From Paraphysomonas bandaiensis (lineage: Eukaryota > Protista > Chrysophyceae), in contig CBFFRP010000271.1 in NCBI GenBank assembly GCA_965644295.1, positions 62,001 through 126,000 on the forward strand: 64,000 nt of DNA, given 5' to 3'. Below the pieces are notes generated by a model, which saw only the letters and a list, made by a program, of their open reading frames with translations, made no database searches and had not been told where the DNA came from. Positions 62,365 to 64,000 of the stretch are shown in pieces. Position 1 is the stretch's first letter; every line of letters starts with the position of its first letter. The position numbers and the translations under genes are program-made.

Positions 62365-64000
62365 GACATCGAACCCAACCATTATCGCCTTTTTGGATAC
62401 TACAATATTGTGATCTTATTATTGCGCAGAATTATATATATCTATTTGACAAAACGATCTAAACACAGACAATTATCTCTGTGTTGCATATGGCTGAATT
62501 CTGAATTACAAGAATATTTTAATATCATTCACCATTTACCATGTATGCCAAGTAAACTCAATTATTAATTAATTTTTTTTCATTTCATGTAGCGATATAT
62601 TTCTGTTCATACATTCTATGGTATATAGTACATAGATGAAACATATGGATGGATATAGCACTAGCACAATATACTACAATAAAGCATTACATAGTAGAAA
62701 TAAGTATTTACTGGGTTATCACGCTCCAAGGAACATTACATTCACCCTTCGTGAGTGGAGACGTGGATACCATCCCCATTCAGCCACTATGCTAACCAGA
62801 TCCCGGACTGCATAACTTATCTTGCTATGAGGTTTCATACACTCAAAGAAGAAAAGCTATATAGCATTGCTTGCTTCTTTTATACTATTCTGTTTTATTA
62901 GTGTGTGTACATTTCACGATATTCTACGGATAATCAATATAGTTGGCATTCCCAACATTAAAGAGGGAAATGGATATGGCATATGGCAGAGCTACATAAT
63001 GCATACACAAACAGATTATGACACAACAATGTATAAGAAACACTGATATAATTCAAACCGTGTAGGATATTAAATGGAATAAACTGTCAATTCCACAATA
63101 ACATAACATAATATAACCTACCACAGTTGTTGAATGACTAATATGGCATTCATCAGAATCTACACGCAATTAGTCCATTTGCTTTTGTATGACTAAGTAT
63201 AAACATATTAAAGTTGAAGTGCATATATAATCATATGTAATTCCACTCGCGTAAGCGATGGGTTGTCAAGCTAACCAAGACTCCTCCATACACAACAACT
63301 CCTGTTTCTCCTCTTGTATGTACTCAACCGCTCAGCGACACACGAATCACAAGAGTTCTAATCGCAAGTCGATATTTAATTTACAATGGTAGAGGTTTCA
63401 GAGTCAACACGAGGAGTGAGGGTACTCAGCTGGCTTGTTGTAAGCACTGCATATGCAGTCGCCGTTGTTCTTCGTCCATAAACAAACTCAATAACATGTC
63501 ATCCTTCGAGATTGAATTCCACACAACACACTATCACCAATATTAGCTCACCCTGAAGCTACTTTAAGAATGGTGTATGGCCTTATGGGCATATTCAATG
63601 CACTTCACTGAGGCTCCGACAGATATCACTGATATGAAAATTTCACTGAAAAAGTCTCGGATTCTGCTGTGAAAATATAAGCCCAACCTGACCAAGAGAC
63701 ACGAGGTCATAACCAACAAATATAATGTGCAAAATACTTACTTTGCTTCCAGCGACATTCACTGCTGCTGATAAGTGTGCTGTGATCTGTGTCGGAACTA
63801 TCTCTCAAACAGCACACAGTCTGTGCAGTAGCCGTACCAGAACTCTATACACAGCAGTCTATACCTACAGCCTACAGCGCAGTGTGGGCCAACGGAATAC
63901 TGCTGTGTACAATGTATACTACGGTCGTACAGCCGGCAGATTCTCGCCATGAAGATATTTTTTGAAGAATATGCGGACATTTCTGATTTTGTCTGCAAAT

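Larger units (their letters stand above)
49461..64000 (+). repeat. Head-to-tail tandem array of a ~2.47 kb unit carrying the permuted vWA gene (continues past the window)
   Basis: Periods are 2466 (after removing Copia plus TSD), 2469 and 2467 bp; units are nearly identical. Confidence 0.97.

Noticed and set aside
49461-64000. The array as the duplication intermediate that created the circular permutation
   Set aside because: Every unit, and the older dispersed copy, is already permuted and separated by 1.7 kb spacers, so the permutation predates the array.

Overview
Eukaryotic nuclear DNA from an AT-rich protist. Short GT-AG introns (about 43-71 nt), TTAGGG repeats and gene content suggest a stramenopile, which is an inference. 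Host genes encode an FG-GAP beta-propeller protein (runs off the left edge), a PPGG/SPIRAL1-like protein, a Roadblock/LC7 (MglB-like) protein, a ThrE exporter, a Tudor-like protein, cyclin Y, a vitamin K-dependent gamma-carboxylase homolog, a CUE-Smr protein, Nudix-ankyrin, CAF1, WW-MyTH4-FERM and a Cys-less Ubc12-like protein, plus tRNA-Arg(UCG) and tRNA-Gly(UCC). Mobile DNA includes a hAT element nested in an older copy of its own family, hAT and CACTA MITEs, and an intact Copia with identical LTRs. Three things stand out. (1) A myristoylation-signal vWA gene has its first beta-strand and DxSxS MIDAS motif at the extreme C-terminus (circular permutation) and is amplified in a ~2.47 kb head-to-tail array, with one inverted dispersed copy. 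(2) A ~0.5 kb non-coding retroposon family has long TSDs and a 5' end that folds like an HDV-type ribozyme. (3) One spliced gene fuses a coiled coil, an Mrr-type restriction nuclease domain and a telobox-like Myb domain. All calls were made by eye, with no database searches.
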